From IMG/VR virus record IMGVR_UViG_2537562195_000009: 42,015 nucleotides of DNA; one strand, given 5' to 3'. Shown here piece after piece: positions 8,338-17,418 of this stretch. Origin of the DNA: a virus (Duplodnaviria; Heunggongvirae; Uroviricota; Caudoviricetes). The position numbers and the translations under genes are program-made. The notes under the pieces were generated by a model. The model was not told where the DNA came from. It saw nothing but the letters and a program-made list of their open reading frames with translations, and did not search any database. Every line of letters starts with the position of its first letter. Positions within the stretch are counted from its first letter, which is position 1.

Positions 8338-8990
8338 TGAGTAATAAATATTGCCAGGCGCTGGTGGAACTACGGAACAAACCAGCCCATGAACTGAAGG
8401 AAGTGGGCGATCAGTGGCGCACGCCGGATAACATTTTCTGGGGAATTAACACCCTGTTTGGCCCGTTTGTTCTGGATCTGTTCACTGATGGTGATAACGC
8501 CAAATGTGCTGCGTATTACACGGCGGAAGACAACGCGCTGGCGCATGACTGGTCAGAACGTCTTGTGGAGCTTAAAGGTGCTGCCTTTGGTAATCCCCCA
8601 TACAGCCGCGCCAGTCAGCATGAGGGGCAATACATCACTGGCATGCGTTACATCATGAAGCATGCCAGTGCCATGCGTGATAAGGGCGGGCGCTATGTTT
8701 TCCTGATCAAAGCTGCCACCAGCGAAGTGTGGTGGCCGGAAGATGCAGATCATATTGCTTTTATTCGCGGGCGTATTGGTTTTGAACTGCCTGCCTGGTT
8801 TATCCCGAAAGACGAGAAGCAGGTGCCGACAGGAGCGTTCTTCGCTGGTGCTATTGCTGTTTTCGACAAGACCTGGAAGGGACCGGCAATCAGCTACATC
8901 GGGCGCGATGAACTTGAGGCATGTGGTGAGGCGTTTCTGGCGCAGGTTCGCCAGCAGGCGGAAAAACTGGTCAGGGAGATGGCGGCATGA
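8337..8990 (+). CDS. phage DNA N6-adenine methyltransferase (Dam type, orphan)
   Basis: 217 aa; catalytic NPPY motif (AAFGNPPYSRA); TAATG overlap with upstream gene; no adjacent restriction gene. Confidence 0.8.
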   Translation: MSNKYCQALVELRNKPAHELKEVGDQWRTPDNIFWGINTLFGPFVLDLFTDGDNAKCAAYYTAEDNALAHDWSERLVELKGAAFGNPPYSRASQHEGQYITGMRYIMKHASAMRDKGGRYVFLIKAATSEVWWPEDADHIAFIRGRIGFELPAWFIPKDEKQVPTGAFFAGAIAVFDKTWKGPAISYIGRDELEACGEAFLAQVRQQAEKLVREMAA

Positions 8991-9313
8991 CGACGTTAAC
9001 TCAATGCCAGCAGCAGGTGCTGGATATGCTGATTTCTTTCCAGCAAGAACGTGGCTTCCCGCCAACTAATCAGGAGGTGGCAACCATGCTGGGATACCGT
9101 TCAGTGAATGCAGCGGTGGAGCATCTTCGCGCACTGGAGAAAAAAGGCGTCATCACGATAAAGCGTGGCGTGGCCCGGGGGATAACGCTTCATACCGCGG
9201 TGAAGGACGACGACAGCGAGGCGGTCGGGATTATCCGCGCACTGCTTGCCGGTGAGGAAAACGCCAGGCTGCGTGCAGCCCACTGGTTACATGAGAGGGG
9301 CCTGAAAGTATGA
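8987..9313 (+). CDS. LexA N-terminal DNA-binding domain protein (no peptidase domain)
   Basis: 108 aa; QQQVLDMLISFQQERGFPPTNQEVATMLGYRSVNAAVEHLRALEKKGVI parallels the LexA DNA-binding domain; lacks the S24 C-terminal domain. Confidence 0.7.
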   Translation: MTTLTQCQQQVLDMLISFQQERGFPPTNQEVATMLGYRSVNAAVEHLRALEKKGVITIKRGVARGITLHTAVKDDDSEAVGIIRALLAGEENARLRAAHWLHERGLKV

Positions 9314-9699
9314 AGCTGATTCTGCCTTTTCCGCCCAGCGTGAACACGTACTGGCGACACCCCAACAAAGGGGCGTTTGCTGGTAAGAGCCTGATAAGCG
9401 CAGCGGGGCGCAAATTCCAGAGCGCGGCGTGTGCAGCAATAGTTGAGCAGTTACGCCGTCTGCCGAAACCAACGTCGGCACCTGCTTCAGTGGAGATCGT
9501 GTTGTTTCCTCCGGATAACCGGATCCGCGATCTGGACAACTATAACAAGGCGCTGTTTGACGCCCTGACCCACGCGGGTGTGTGGGAAGACGACAGTCAG
9601 GTGAAAAGAATGCTGGTGGAGTGGGGACCGGTTATCCCGGAAGGGAAGGTCGAGATCACTATCAGTAAGTACGAGAAAACGGCGGGTGCAGCCGCCTGA
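9310..9699 (+). CDS. rusA: Holliday junction resolvase RusA
   Basis: 129 aa; RusA signature RDLDNYNKALFDALTHAGVWEDDSQV. Confidence 0.85.
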   Translation: MKLILPFPPSVNTYWRHPNKGAFAGKSLISAAGRKFQSAACAAIVEQLRRLPKPTSAPASVEIVLFPPDNRIRDLDNYNKALFDALTHAGVWEDDSQVKRMLVEWGPVIPEGKVEITISKYEKTAGAAA

Positions 9700-9718
9700 T
9701 TAAGAGGAGAAACGAAGT

Positions 9719-10561
9719 ATGAATAATCTGATGGTCATTGATGGTATTGAAGTTCGTCGTGATGCTTATGGACGTTACAGCCTGAACGATCTGCATCGCG
9801 CAGCAGTAGCATCTGGTGCAAATGCCAGAACCAAGGAGCCGGGAAAGTTTCTTTCCAGCCAACAGATTACTGAGCTGGTTCAGGAATTGATCGATACCCA
9901 AAATCTGGGTGTCGGTTCATTCAATGAAACTACCCAAAATTTGGGTAGTAAACCTGTCAGTAAAATAGAAGGGCGGAATGGCGGAACATATGTCTGTAAG
10001 GAACTGGTGTATGCCTATGCAATGTGGATCAGCCCGTCATTCCATCTGAAGGTGATCCGCACTTTCGACATGGTAACCAGCGCACCGGAAAAATTATCCG
10101 GGCAGGCTGCTGACAAGATGCAGGCTGGCGTGATTCTGCTGGACTTTATGCGCCGGGAGTTAAATCTGTCTAACTCATCAGTGCTTGGTGCCTGTCAGAA
10201 ACTCCAGGAGGCTGTTGGCTTACCGAATCTGGCACCGCGCTATGCCATTGATGCTCCTGCTGACGCGCCTGATGGCTCAAGTCGCCCGACACTGTCGCTG
10301 AGTGCACTGCTGAAACAGTATGGTATCCGCCTTACGGCTAATCAGGCATATCACCAGATGGCGAAGCTGGGGATCGTCGAGCAGCGCGAACGATACAGCC
10401 GTACCTCGATTAACAACATCAAAAAATTCTGGTCGCTGACAGCGAAAGGTTGCATGTTCGGCAAGAACATCACCAGTCCCGCAAATCCGCGCGAGACGCA
10501 GCCGCATTTCTTCGAATCCCGATTCCCTGAGCTGTTAAAGCTGCTCGATACCGTTCATTGA
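9719..10561 (+). CDS. KilA-N domain protein (antirepressor-like)
   Basis: 280 aa; strong RBS AGAGGAGA; N-terminal KilA-N-like region (IDGIEVRRDAYGRYSLNDLHRAA). Confidence 0.55.
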   Translation: MNNLMVIDGIEVRRDAYGRYSLNDLHRAAVASGANARTKEPGKFLSSQQITELVQELIDTQNLGVGSFNETTQNLGSKPVSKIEGRNGGTYVCKELVYAYAMWISPSFHLKVIRTFDMVTSAPEKLSGQAADKMQAGVILLDFMRRELNLSNSSVLGACQKLQEAVGLPNLAPRYAIDAPADAPDGSSRPTLSLSALLKQYGIRLTANQAYHQMAKLGIVEQRERYSRTSINNIKKFWSLTAKGCMFGKNITSPANPRETQPHFFESRFPELLKLLDTVH

Positions 10562-10562
10562 G

Positions 10563-11427
10563 GTGACCGTGAGAGCACTACTGACCCCTGAAATTGCCCC
10601 GCGTATGGGGATCGTATTGTTCAGGCCCGGTTCAGAGCTGATGCCCCTGTTTATGCAGGGGCGTGTACTGCTGGAGCCTGAGCCGGAGCATTATTCATCT
10701 TTCGCCAGTGGTGCCGTTCCGGCGGCATCACAACCGCTGGCGGATGATCCTGCCGTTCAGGCCGTGTTCCGCAATGAGGCAGTGATCCGTCGTGCTGGTG
10801 GCGTGGAATGTCTTGAAAGCTGGTTACTTCGTGAAAAAGGCTGCCAGTGGCCTCATTCCGACTGGCACAGCGAGAACATGACCACAATGCGACACGCTCC
10901 GGGCGCAATCCGTCTGTGCTGGCACTGCGATAACCAGCTGCGCGATCAGTTCACGGAACGGCTGGAATCAATGGCAACGGATAACTGTGCCCGCTGGGTG
11001 TTGTCTGTTGTGCGTCGGGATCTCGGTTTTGATGACAGTCACGTTGTGACAATGCCGGAACTGTGCTGGTGGCTGATTCGTAATGATCTGGCGGATGCCT
11101 TACCGGAAAGTGCAGCCCGTAAGGCACTGAGATTACCGAAGCCTGTTGTGCCGTCTGTTACCCGGGAAAGTGACCTTGTGCCTTCGGTTCCTGCCACTAG
11201 CATCATCCAGGATAAGGCGAAAAAGGTGCTGGCGCTGAAAGTGGATCCGGAGTCGCCGGAGTCTTTTATGTTACGCCCAAAACGTCGCCGCTGGGTTAAT
11301 GAAAAGTACACGCGCTGGGTTAAGACACAGCCGTGTGCATGTTGTGGAAAGCCTGCTGATGATCCCCACCACCTGATAGGCCACGGTCAGGGTGGGATGG
11401 GTACAAAAGCGCATGACCTCTTTGTGT
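10563..11427 (+). pseudogene. DUF968-family phage gene, 5' portion, interrupted by IS66-family insertion
   Basis: GTG-start ORF whose reading frame runs into the IS end at 11428; with the IS and one duplication copy removed the frame continues into 14126..14264 (…DLFV|LPLCRKHHDELH…). Confidence 0.75.
11420..11427. repeat. target-site duplication (CTTTGTGT), left copy
   Basis: Identical 8-mer immediately flanks both IS ends. Confidence 0.8.
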
Positions 11428-11457
11428 GTAAGCGGCTCGCCAGAACCGTCTTAATAT

Positions 11458-13028
11458 TTACTGAGAGCTCAGATCAACTTTCCAGGGCAACAGATCGCGT
11501 ACCCGATTTGCCGGCCAGTCCTGGATATGCTCAATGACGTAACGCAGCCATTTTTCTGGCTCTACATTGTTCAGACGGCATGTGCCGATCAGCGAGTACA
11601 ACACCGCCGCATGTTCGCCACCGCTGTCGGAACCCGCGAACAACCAGTTCTTCCGGCCCACGGCCACACCCCGTAAGGCGTTCTCTGCGATGTTGTTGTC
11701 GATTTCCACCCAGCCATTGCTGCAGTACACGTTCAGGGCCTCCCACTGTTTCAGCAGGTATGCGAACGCTTTCGCCGTATCCGAGTGACGCGACAGGGTT
11801 TTCATCTGAGTCTGTATCCAGTCATACAGTGACTGCATCAGTGGCGCAGCTCTGGCTTTTCTTGCCGCCAGACGCTGTTCTGCTGTACATCCCCGGACTT
11901 CTGCCTCTATGGCATACAGTTCACCGATACGCTGCAGGGCTTCTGTGGTGATGTCGGTGGGCACTCTTGCATGCACATCGTGGATTTTTCTCCGGGCATG
12001 AGCCATACACGCGGCTTCCGTTATTCTGCCGGATTCGTATAACGCCCGGTAACCACCGTAAGCATCGGCCTGAAGCACTCCGCTGTAACCGGCCAGGTGA
12101 TTCTGTGGATGGATACCTTTCCGGTCCGGACTGTACGCGAACCAGACCGCCGGGGGCATCTGTGAACCGGCGTTACGGTCATCACGGACGTAGACCCACA
12201 GCCGGGCGGTCCGGGTTTTACCGCTGCCCGGCTCCTGGACCGGACGGGGATATCATCAGCATGGACTTTACCGGGCATCAGCACATACTGGCGCAGGACG
12301 TCATACAGCGGCTCCAGCAGTTCAGCAACGGCACCTGTCCAGCGCCCCAGTGTGGCACGGCTCAGCTCCACTCCCTGACGACGGTATATTTCTGACTGAC
12401 GGTATAACGGCAGATGGTCTGCATATTTCCCGGTGACAACATGGGCCAGAAGCCCCGCTCCGGCATAGCTGCGTACAATGGGTTTTGAAGGCACCGGCGC
12501 CTGCACGATATGGTCACAACGGCAACAGGCCAGTTTCGGACGTTGTGTTTCGATAACCTTAAAGGCGCTGCTGATAAGCTCCAGTTGCTCTGACACATCA
12601 CATCCCAGTGGACTGAGTTCACCACCACAGGCCGGACAGCATTCCTCTTCCGGCCGGATGACCCGGGTTTCACGGGGAAGTGAGGCCGGTAACGGTTTAC
12701 GGGCTGAAGACTGGCGCAGGGCGGATGGCAGTGCCGGGTCATATTGCTCACCCAGCGTTTCCGCCATTTCTTCCTGAAGTGCGCTGATTCGCTCCTGTGC
12801 TTCCTGTATCTGTCGTTCGGTTTTTGCGCGAAGTTTTTCTGAGCTTTTACCGAACTGCATGCGCTGCAGTTTTGCAACCAGCGCCTTCAGCCGGTTGATT
12901 TCGGAAGCATAAGCCGCCACCCGCTGTGAGAGCAGGCGGTTGTATTCAGCCATCTGGCGGATGGTGTCCTGTTGCGTCTGCAACAGTGCCCGCAGGCGGG
13001 CATTCTCATGAGCAAGTGAGGTATCCAT
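11458..13028 (-). pseudogene. tnpC: IS66 transposase TnpC, frameshifted into two ORFs (12021..13028 and 11458..12159)
   Basis: N-terminal ORF (zinc-finger CPACG...CCRC) and C-terminal ORF (DDE region) are in different frames; frame breaks near 12230..12250 (…DDIPV then out-of-frame text). Confidence 0.8.
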
Positions 13029-13047
13029 ATCCTCACTTTACAACGGG

Positions 13048-13395
13048 TTATATGCGGATTCCAGCGCGTTCCGTTCGTTTCGGGTGCTTCCAGTTGATGC
13101 CCTCAAGAAGCATGGATAACTGAGCCGGAGTAAGGTGAACCTTACCATCGCGGGTGACCGGCCAGACGAAGCGGCCCCGCTCCAGGCGTTTGGTGAAGAG
13201 GCACAGTCCGTCGCTGTCAGCCCACAACACTTTTATCTGGTCACCCCGGCGTCCGCGGAAGATGAACAGGTGTCCGGAGAACGGGTCATCCTTCAGGACG
13301 TTCTGAACTTTTGAGGCCAGGCCGTTAAAGCCATTTCGCATGTCGGTGATGCCGGCAACCAGCCAGATACGCGAACCTGCAGGGAGAGATATCAT
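13048..13395 (-). CDS. tnpB: IS66 Orf2 (TnpB)
   Basis: 115 aa, typical IS66 TnpB sequence (MISLPAGSRIWLVAGITDMRNGFNGLA…). Confidence 0.85.
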   Translation of the reverse strand: MISLPAGSRIWLVAGITDMRNGFNGLASKVQNVLKDDPFSGHLFIFRGRRGDQIKVLWADSDGLCLFTKRLERGRFVWPVTRDGKVHLTPAQLSMLLEGINWKHPKRTERAGIRI

Positions 13396-14072
13396 CAGTG
13401 GCTGCTCCCTTTCATTTCGCGGATAAGTGTCTGTAATAACGCCGGCGTCAGTTTACCTTTAAGCCTGAGAGTTCCGGTCGGCAGAACCAGCTCACAGCAC
13501 AGACTGTCGGACGGTGTATTTATCTGCTCTGGTTCCTGTGCCGGAGCCGGGATTTTATTATCCGGCTCCGGCGTTAACGTCACGGGAAGCAGTGCAGGCA
13601 TATTTTTTCCGGAAGGCAGCAGGCCACCTTTCCGGTATTGATGGCGCCAGTTGAAGAGCAGGTTATCGTTGATTCCGTTTTCACGGGCGATCTGCGCCAC
13701 ACAGGCTCCGGGCTGCAGTGACTGCTCCACTAAGGCGATTTTAAACGCATAAGGAAAATTAGGCCGCCGGGGACGTTTTTTTACCACCGGGACTTCGGAC
13801 ATAACGGTGTTTTCAGTAAGTACGACAGGTACTGTGGAGGCACTCCCGTAAAGACAGGCATCAAGTTCCCGCTCCGACATACTTGCGGGCAGAGGCCATG
13901 AAAGGCCAGCTTTGCGGAAGCGCACGAACATACCACAAACTGTTGATTTTGGTACGCCCAGGCGACGTCCGGCCACAATCCGTGGTAAATGTTCTTCAAA
14001 GTGAAGACGTAAAGCTTCGGTGATCCAGGTCCGGTATTCCATACGATAGTGTCCATTAAAAATGATGGACAT
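13395..14072 (-). CDS. tnpA: IS66 Orf1 (TnpA) with N-terminal HTH extension
   Basis: C-terminal half has the IS66 Orf1 pattern (KKRPRRPNFPYAFKIALVEQSLQPGACVAQIARENGINDNLLFNWRHQYR); true start may be internal. Confidence 0.7.
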   Translation of the reverse strand: MSIIFNGHYRMEYRTWITEALRLHFEEHLPRIVAGRRLGVPKSTVCGMFVRFRKAGLSWPLPASMSERELDACLYGSASTVPVVLTENTVMSEVPVVKKRPRRPNFPYAFKIALVEQSLQPGACVAQIARENGINDNLLFNWRHQYRKGGLLPSGKNMPALLPVTLTPEPDNKIPAPAQEPEQINTPSDSLCCELVLPTGTLRLKGKLTPALLQTLIREMKGSSH

Positions 14073-14125
14073 TATTTTTGTGGAGCCGGAGGAAACAGAC
14101 CAGACGGTTCAGATGAGGCGCTTAC

Positions 14126-14133
14126 CTTTGTGT
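14126..14133. repeat. target-site duplication (CTTTGTGT), right copy
   Basis: Identical to 11420..11427. Confidence 0.8.
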
Positions 14134-14264
14134 TGCCTTTGTGCAGAAAGCATCACGACGAGCTGCATGCGGATACCGTGGCATTTGAAGAGAAGTATGG
14201 CTCCCAGCTGGAGCTGATATTTCGTTTTATCGATCGTGCGCTGGCAATTGGCGTGCTGGCCTGA
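14126..14264 (+). pseudogene. DUF968-family gene, 3' remnant after the IS
   Basis: In-frame continuation of 10563..11427 once the IS is removed; the track ORF 14049..14264 is a chimera of IS end plus this remnant. Confidence 0.75.
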
Positions 14265-14281
14265 TTTTGTGGAGAAAGTTG

Positions 14282-14629
14282 ATGCGTGATATGTATGAAG
14301 TATTGGACCGCTGGGGAGCATGGGCTGCAGCAGATAACAGTGGCGTGGACTGGCAGCCGATAGCAGCAGGCTTCAAGGGGCTTTTACCTCATGGCAAAAA
14401 GTCCCGGATTCAGTGTGATGATGATGAGGGGCTCATGATCGATGGGTGCGTAGCTAGATTAAGAAAGTACAAACCAGAAGAGTATGAACTTATCGTTGCC
14501 CATTTTGTTATAGGAGTATCAATACGTACCATTGCAAAGAAAAGGAAATGTTCAGATGGGACTGTCAGAAAAGAATTGCAAGCCGCAATTGGATTTGTGG
14601 AAGGCGTATTTAGTATTTTAAATATGTAA
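14282..14629 (+). CDS. late-gene antiterminator Q-like protein
   Basis: 115 aa from ATG 14282 (GGAG 7 nt upstream); last early gene before the lysis region; family assignment from memory of Q-like proteins. Confidence 0.55.
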   Translation: MRDMYEVLDRWGAWAAADNSGVDWQPIAAGFKGLLPHGKKSRIQCDDDEGLMIDGCVARLRKYKPEEYELIVAHFVIGVSIRTIAKKRKCSDGTVRKELQAAIGFVEGVFSILNM

Positions 14630-14644
14630 GGGGCGGTGCCCCTT
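14628..14644. terminator. GC hairpin at the convergent Q / MBL gene junction
   Basis: AAGGGGC-ggt-GCCCCTT overlaps both stop codons; weak U-tract on either strand. Confidence 0.4.
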
Positions 14645-15734
14645 ATAAGCAAACAGCAGCGTAATGTGTTTCAACCTTAGGACTAGACGTTAAGCAATTA
14701 CTAACAGCAACTATTCCAAATTTATTGTTATTATTTGAAAATGAAACTGAACTTTTCATCTTCGCTAATATGCTCCGTGCTTCAGCAATCGCAGGTGATT
14801 TTTCTTGAGCGTTATCACTTTTAGGCATCGATGTACAGTATAATGCTGATGATTTTGATTTGTAGAGGTCGATCATATCCTGCCGTGGTAGTGATGATTT
14901 ATCATAAGTGGTTAAAATCGAAATAGGGTCTTTTTTGATTAGCTTGTTCCATGTTTCCTCATGAAAGCCTGTTTGGGAACCGTGGTGTGGAAGTTTGAAA
15001 ATACCTGCTAAGTTTGGTTCTGGACGATTTATTGCATTGCAAACGGAATTCCATCCAGTGTTTTTACTAACTTCTAAATCTGCGCCTAATAATACTTCAT
15101 TATTTTCTGATGTTGGAGAGCATATTCTGATTACAACGCAGTAGTGATTAGGATTAACTAATTTAGCAGACATGGCTATTTCGCTAAAATTTGATGATAA
15201 TTTTGTAGAGTTTGCGAATTCAAGATCAGAGTTTGTTATATCCATATCAGAAGGCGATAACGAATGTACTTGAATATTCTCGCTGCTTTTGAATAGTATG
15301 CAGTCTTTTTTTGCATGGACAAGACGATCATTTTTGTGCAAATCATAGAATAAAGACATGACCTTGTTTATTTCTTTAGTTTTTGCCATATCCTCACCAT
15401 TAACACTTAGTGCATTAATATATCCTCTAAATTCAGATGTGTTCAATGCTGCGCTAATTACAACTTTTGCATTTTTGCAACTATTAATAATTTCGGCTAT
15501 CCCTTTAATATGATCATCGTGAAAATGACTAATGACTATCAGTTTTACTTCATCTTGTGGATTAACACCTTTTTCTTTCAGATAATCTAATGCTGCGGGG
15601 CGTTTATTATCATTTAAACAGGAATCAATAATCATCCATTCATTTAACCCAAGACGAACGGCAATTGATTCGCCAATACCTTTACCAAAAACAATTGTTT
15701 CACAGATAGAGTTTTGAACAGTAGGCACCTGCAT
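14643..15734 (-). CDS. MBL-fold metallo-hydrolase, probable nuclease-type; third gene of the AT-rich island
   Basis: 363 aa; HxHxDH motif (VISHFHDDHIKG) and downstream KLPHHGSQ motif as in ComEC/beta-CASP-type MBL enzymes; no signal peptide; low GC. Confidence 0.7.
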   Translation of the reverse strand: MQVPTVQNSICETIVFGKGIGESIAVRLGLNEWMIIDSCLNDNKRPAALDYLKEKGVNPQDEVKLIVISHFHDDHIKGIAEIINSCKNAKVVISAALNTSEFRGYINALSVNGEDMAKTKEINKVMSLFYDLHKNDRLVHAKKDCILFKSSENIQVHSLSPSDMDITNSDLEFANSTKLSSNFSEIAMSAKLVNPNHYCVVIRICSPTSENNEVLLGADLEVSKNTGWNSVCNAINRPEPNLAGIFKLPHHGSQTGFHEETWNKLIKKDPISILTTYDKSSLPRQDMIDLYKSKSSALYCTSMPKSDNAQEKSPAIAEARSILAKMKSSVSFSNNNNKFGIVAVSNCLTSSPKVETHYAAVCL

Positions 15735-15757
15735 TCACCGTATTGCGTAATTTCTAA

Positions 15758-16330
15758 TTATTGTTTAAAAATTCTTCTTAGGCGAAATTCGGATACTCTT
15801 TTTTCTTGTCCAAATAAAGTTTTTTCCATACCAACATACCAATAAAAAATAGCGTTTTCGACAAGTTTTTGTTGATCGCTTTTACTAAATTCATCTGAAG
15901 AGAACGTTATCTCATCAATGAATTCATGAGAGTTTATATCATATACTCTAGCATGTATTTCTTTATTTGATTTCATATTGACAATTTTGTCAATTATACC
16001 ATAAGTATCTAATGCCTTTTCAAGAAAGGTTATTTTTTCTTTAAGTCTTGCCTTGAGTTTTTTATGCTGAGTTCTATTTTTCACTCCTTTTTGTGTAGAT
16101 GGGAATGGTTGCGGAGTAGGTATTTCAATTATATTTGTTGAATATTTTGTGCTGCAAGTTTCTTGCTGCTGTTCAAATGTTTCAGAATAATTTTCAAAAC
16201 CTGTCTTAATTATACAGGAAAGAGTTATGTTGTGGGTCTTTACAAATGTTTCAATGTTTTTTTCTTTTTTTGTTACGCAACGTGTATTACTAAGGCTGGA
16301 AGAATTTTCAGGATAGGTTAATATATTCAT
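15758..16330 (-). CDS. hypothetical protein (190 aa); second gene of the AT-rich island
   Basis: 4-nt overlap with upstream gene and 23-nt gap to the MBL gene suggest an operon; no recognisable motif. Confidence 0.5.
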   Translation of the reverse strand: MNILTYPENSSSLSNTRCVTKKEKNIETFVKTHNITLSCIIKTGFENYSETFEQQQETCSTKYSTNIIEIPTPQPFPSTQKGVKNRTQHKKLKARLKEKITFLEKALDTYGIIDKIVNMKSNKEIHARVYDINSHEFIDEITFSSDEFSKSDQQKLVENAIFYWYVGMEKTLFGQEKRVSEFRLRRIFKQ

Positions 16331-17043
16331 GATAGAATCCGCTTAAACATTTGTTCATGGCTGAGGATATCATTCTTAATTGCTGCGGAAATATGTTTTT
16401 GAATTATATTTGGGAGTAATTGAGTGAATGCAACAGCGTCACGAATATCTTTCAAAGCTAGATCGTGATTGTATTGAACATTTAAACCAAATACATCTGG
16501 ACTAACTTTTCTATACGAAGCATAAGAGACATTGATAGCCTCTTTGTAAATTGATTTATCTTCCTTGTTAGAGTTTTCTATTGCAATGACTAAATTTCTC
16601 ATCCCATAATGATATTCAACTTCATCCTGAAGTATTTCTGATTTATTGTGTTCTTGCCAATAAATTTTGGGGACTAATGCATCTCCTAACTGATTCCAGT
16701 TGGTTTCATTATTAAAATGATAATCAAAAAGGGTGTTTATTCCAACAGCTTGTGTCTCAGAATGAGGAAACATAGAAAATATTGATGACACTAAGTCTGC
16801 CAAGGAATTTTCAAGCCCTGTTTTTTTCAGTTGAAATACTACTTTTGTTGGTATGCACGTAATCTCAATCCAACCGTAATCTGTTGTTATTGAATCACCA
16901 TCAAAAGTTGTGTTTGAATTTGCTATATCTTCCTCTCTTAGCAAATCGTATCTTCTAAACCATTCAGATGAAAACATCAATGGAGTAATGATGTTAGAGA
17001 TCCATACAACATTAATCGTATGCTTAATAAGTTTGAAAGTCAT
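16327..17043 (-). CDS. hypothetical protein (about 238 aa); first gene of the AT-rich island
   Basis: Track ORF 16327..17082; start moved to second ATG (MTFKLIK) which has a GAGGG RBS; no recognisable motif. Confidence 0.5.
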   Translation of the reverse strand: MTFKLIKHTINVVWISNIITPLMFSSEWFRRYDLLREEDIANSNTTFDGDSITTDYGWIEITCIPTKVVFQLKKTGLENSLADLVSSIFSMFPHSETQAVGINTLFDYHFNNETNWNQLGDALVPKIYWQEHNKSEILQDEVEYHYGMRNLVIAIENSNKEDKSIYKEAINVSYASYRKVSPDVFGLNVQYNHDLALKDIRDAVAFTQLLPNIIQKHISAAIKNDILSHEQMFKRILS

Positions 17044-17248
17044 AAATTGTTCTTGGCCCTCAGAATGAAAACCTAAGTGCATTTAGGCATAGCTACCGCA
17101 CGACTGTTTTTAATAAAACAATCCGATTGATAGCTATAACATATTGATGTCTAACGTTATAGTGCATAAGAAACATAGCAAAAATCTAACGCGTACGCAA
17201 AAATTCTTGTAATCTGTTAAGAGTGGTTACTTTGCCACGCAGATTAAC

Positions 17249-17275
17249 CCCGCCGATGAGCGGGTTTTGTTGTTT
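17249..17275 (+). terminator. tR'-like intrinsic terminator upstream of the lysis genes
   Basis: CCCGC-cgatga-GCGGG stem followed by TTTTGTTGTTT, about 150 nt upstream of the holin start. Confidence 0.35.
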
Positions 17276-17418
17276 CTAGGCCTGGGTGTTCGTTGGGGTT
17301 GGTCTATCCCGTAGTTACCTGTGGCTCGGCTTCTTTTACGTTTCCGCTTCTGATTTGCGGTTCGTGGTACTCCCTCAATTTGCACCTCCTGTATCGGCGA
17401 GGTGAGAGATAACTACAA

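Larger units (their letters stand above)
11428..14125 (-). mobile_element. IS66-family insertion sequence (2698 bp)
   Basis: Imperfect terminal inverted repeats starting GTAAGCG (about 20 of 24 matched); three IS66-type ORFs (TnpA, TnpB, TnpC); 8-bp direct repeats flank it. Confidence 0.85.

Noticed and set aside
12362-12877. ORFs 12362..12877 (minus) and 12478..12777 (plus) inside the IS
   Set aside because: They overlap the transposase frame and have arginine-rich low-complexity translations; shadow ORFs of a GC-rich gene.
14049-14264. Track ORF 14049..14264 as an independent gene
   Set aside because: Its first 77 nt are IS sequence and the rest is the in-frame 3' remnant of the disrupted DUF968 gene; it is a chimera created by the insertion.
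14643-15734. MBL-fold protein considered as a beta-lactam resistance enzyme
   Set aside because: No N-terminal signal peptide, 363 aa is long for a class B beta-lactamase, and the PHHGS motif points to the nucleic-acid-processing branch of the fold.
14630-17418. Searched the Q-to-holin region for Shiga-toxin-like genes or tRNA genes
   Set aside because: No A/B toxin-like ORFs and no tRNA-like T-loop or acceptor-stem pattern seen by eye; a tRNA scan would be needed to confirm.
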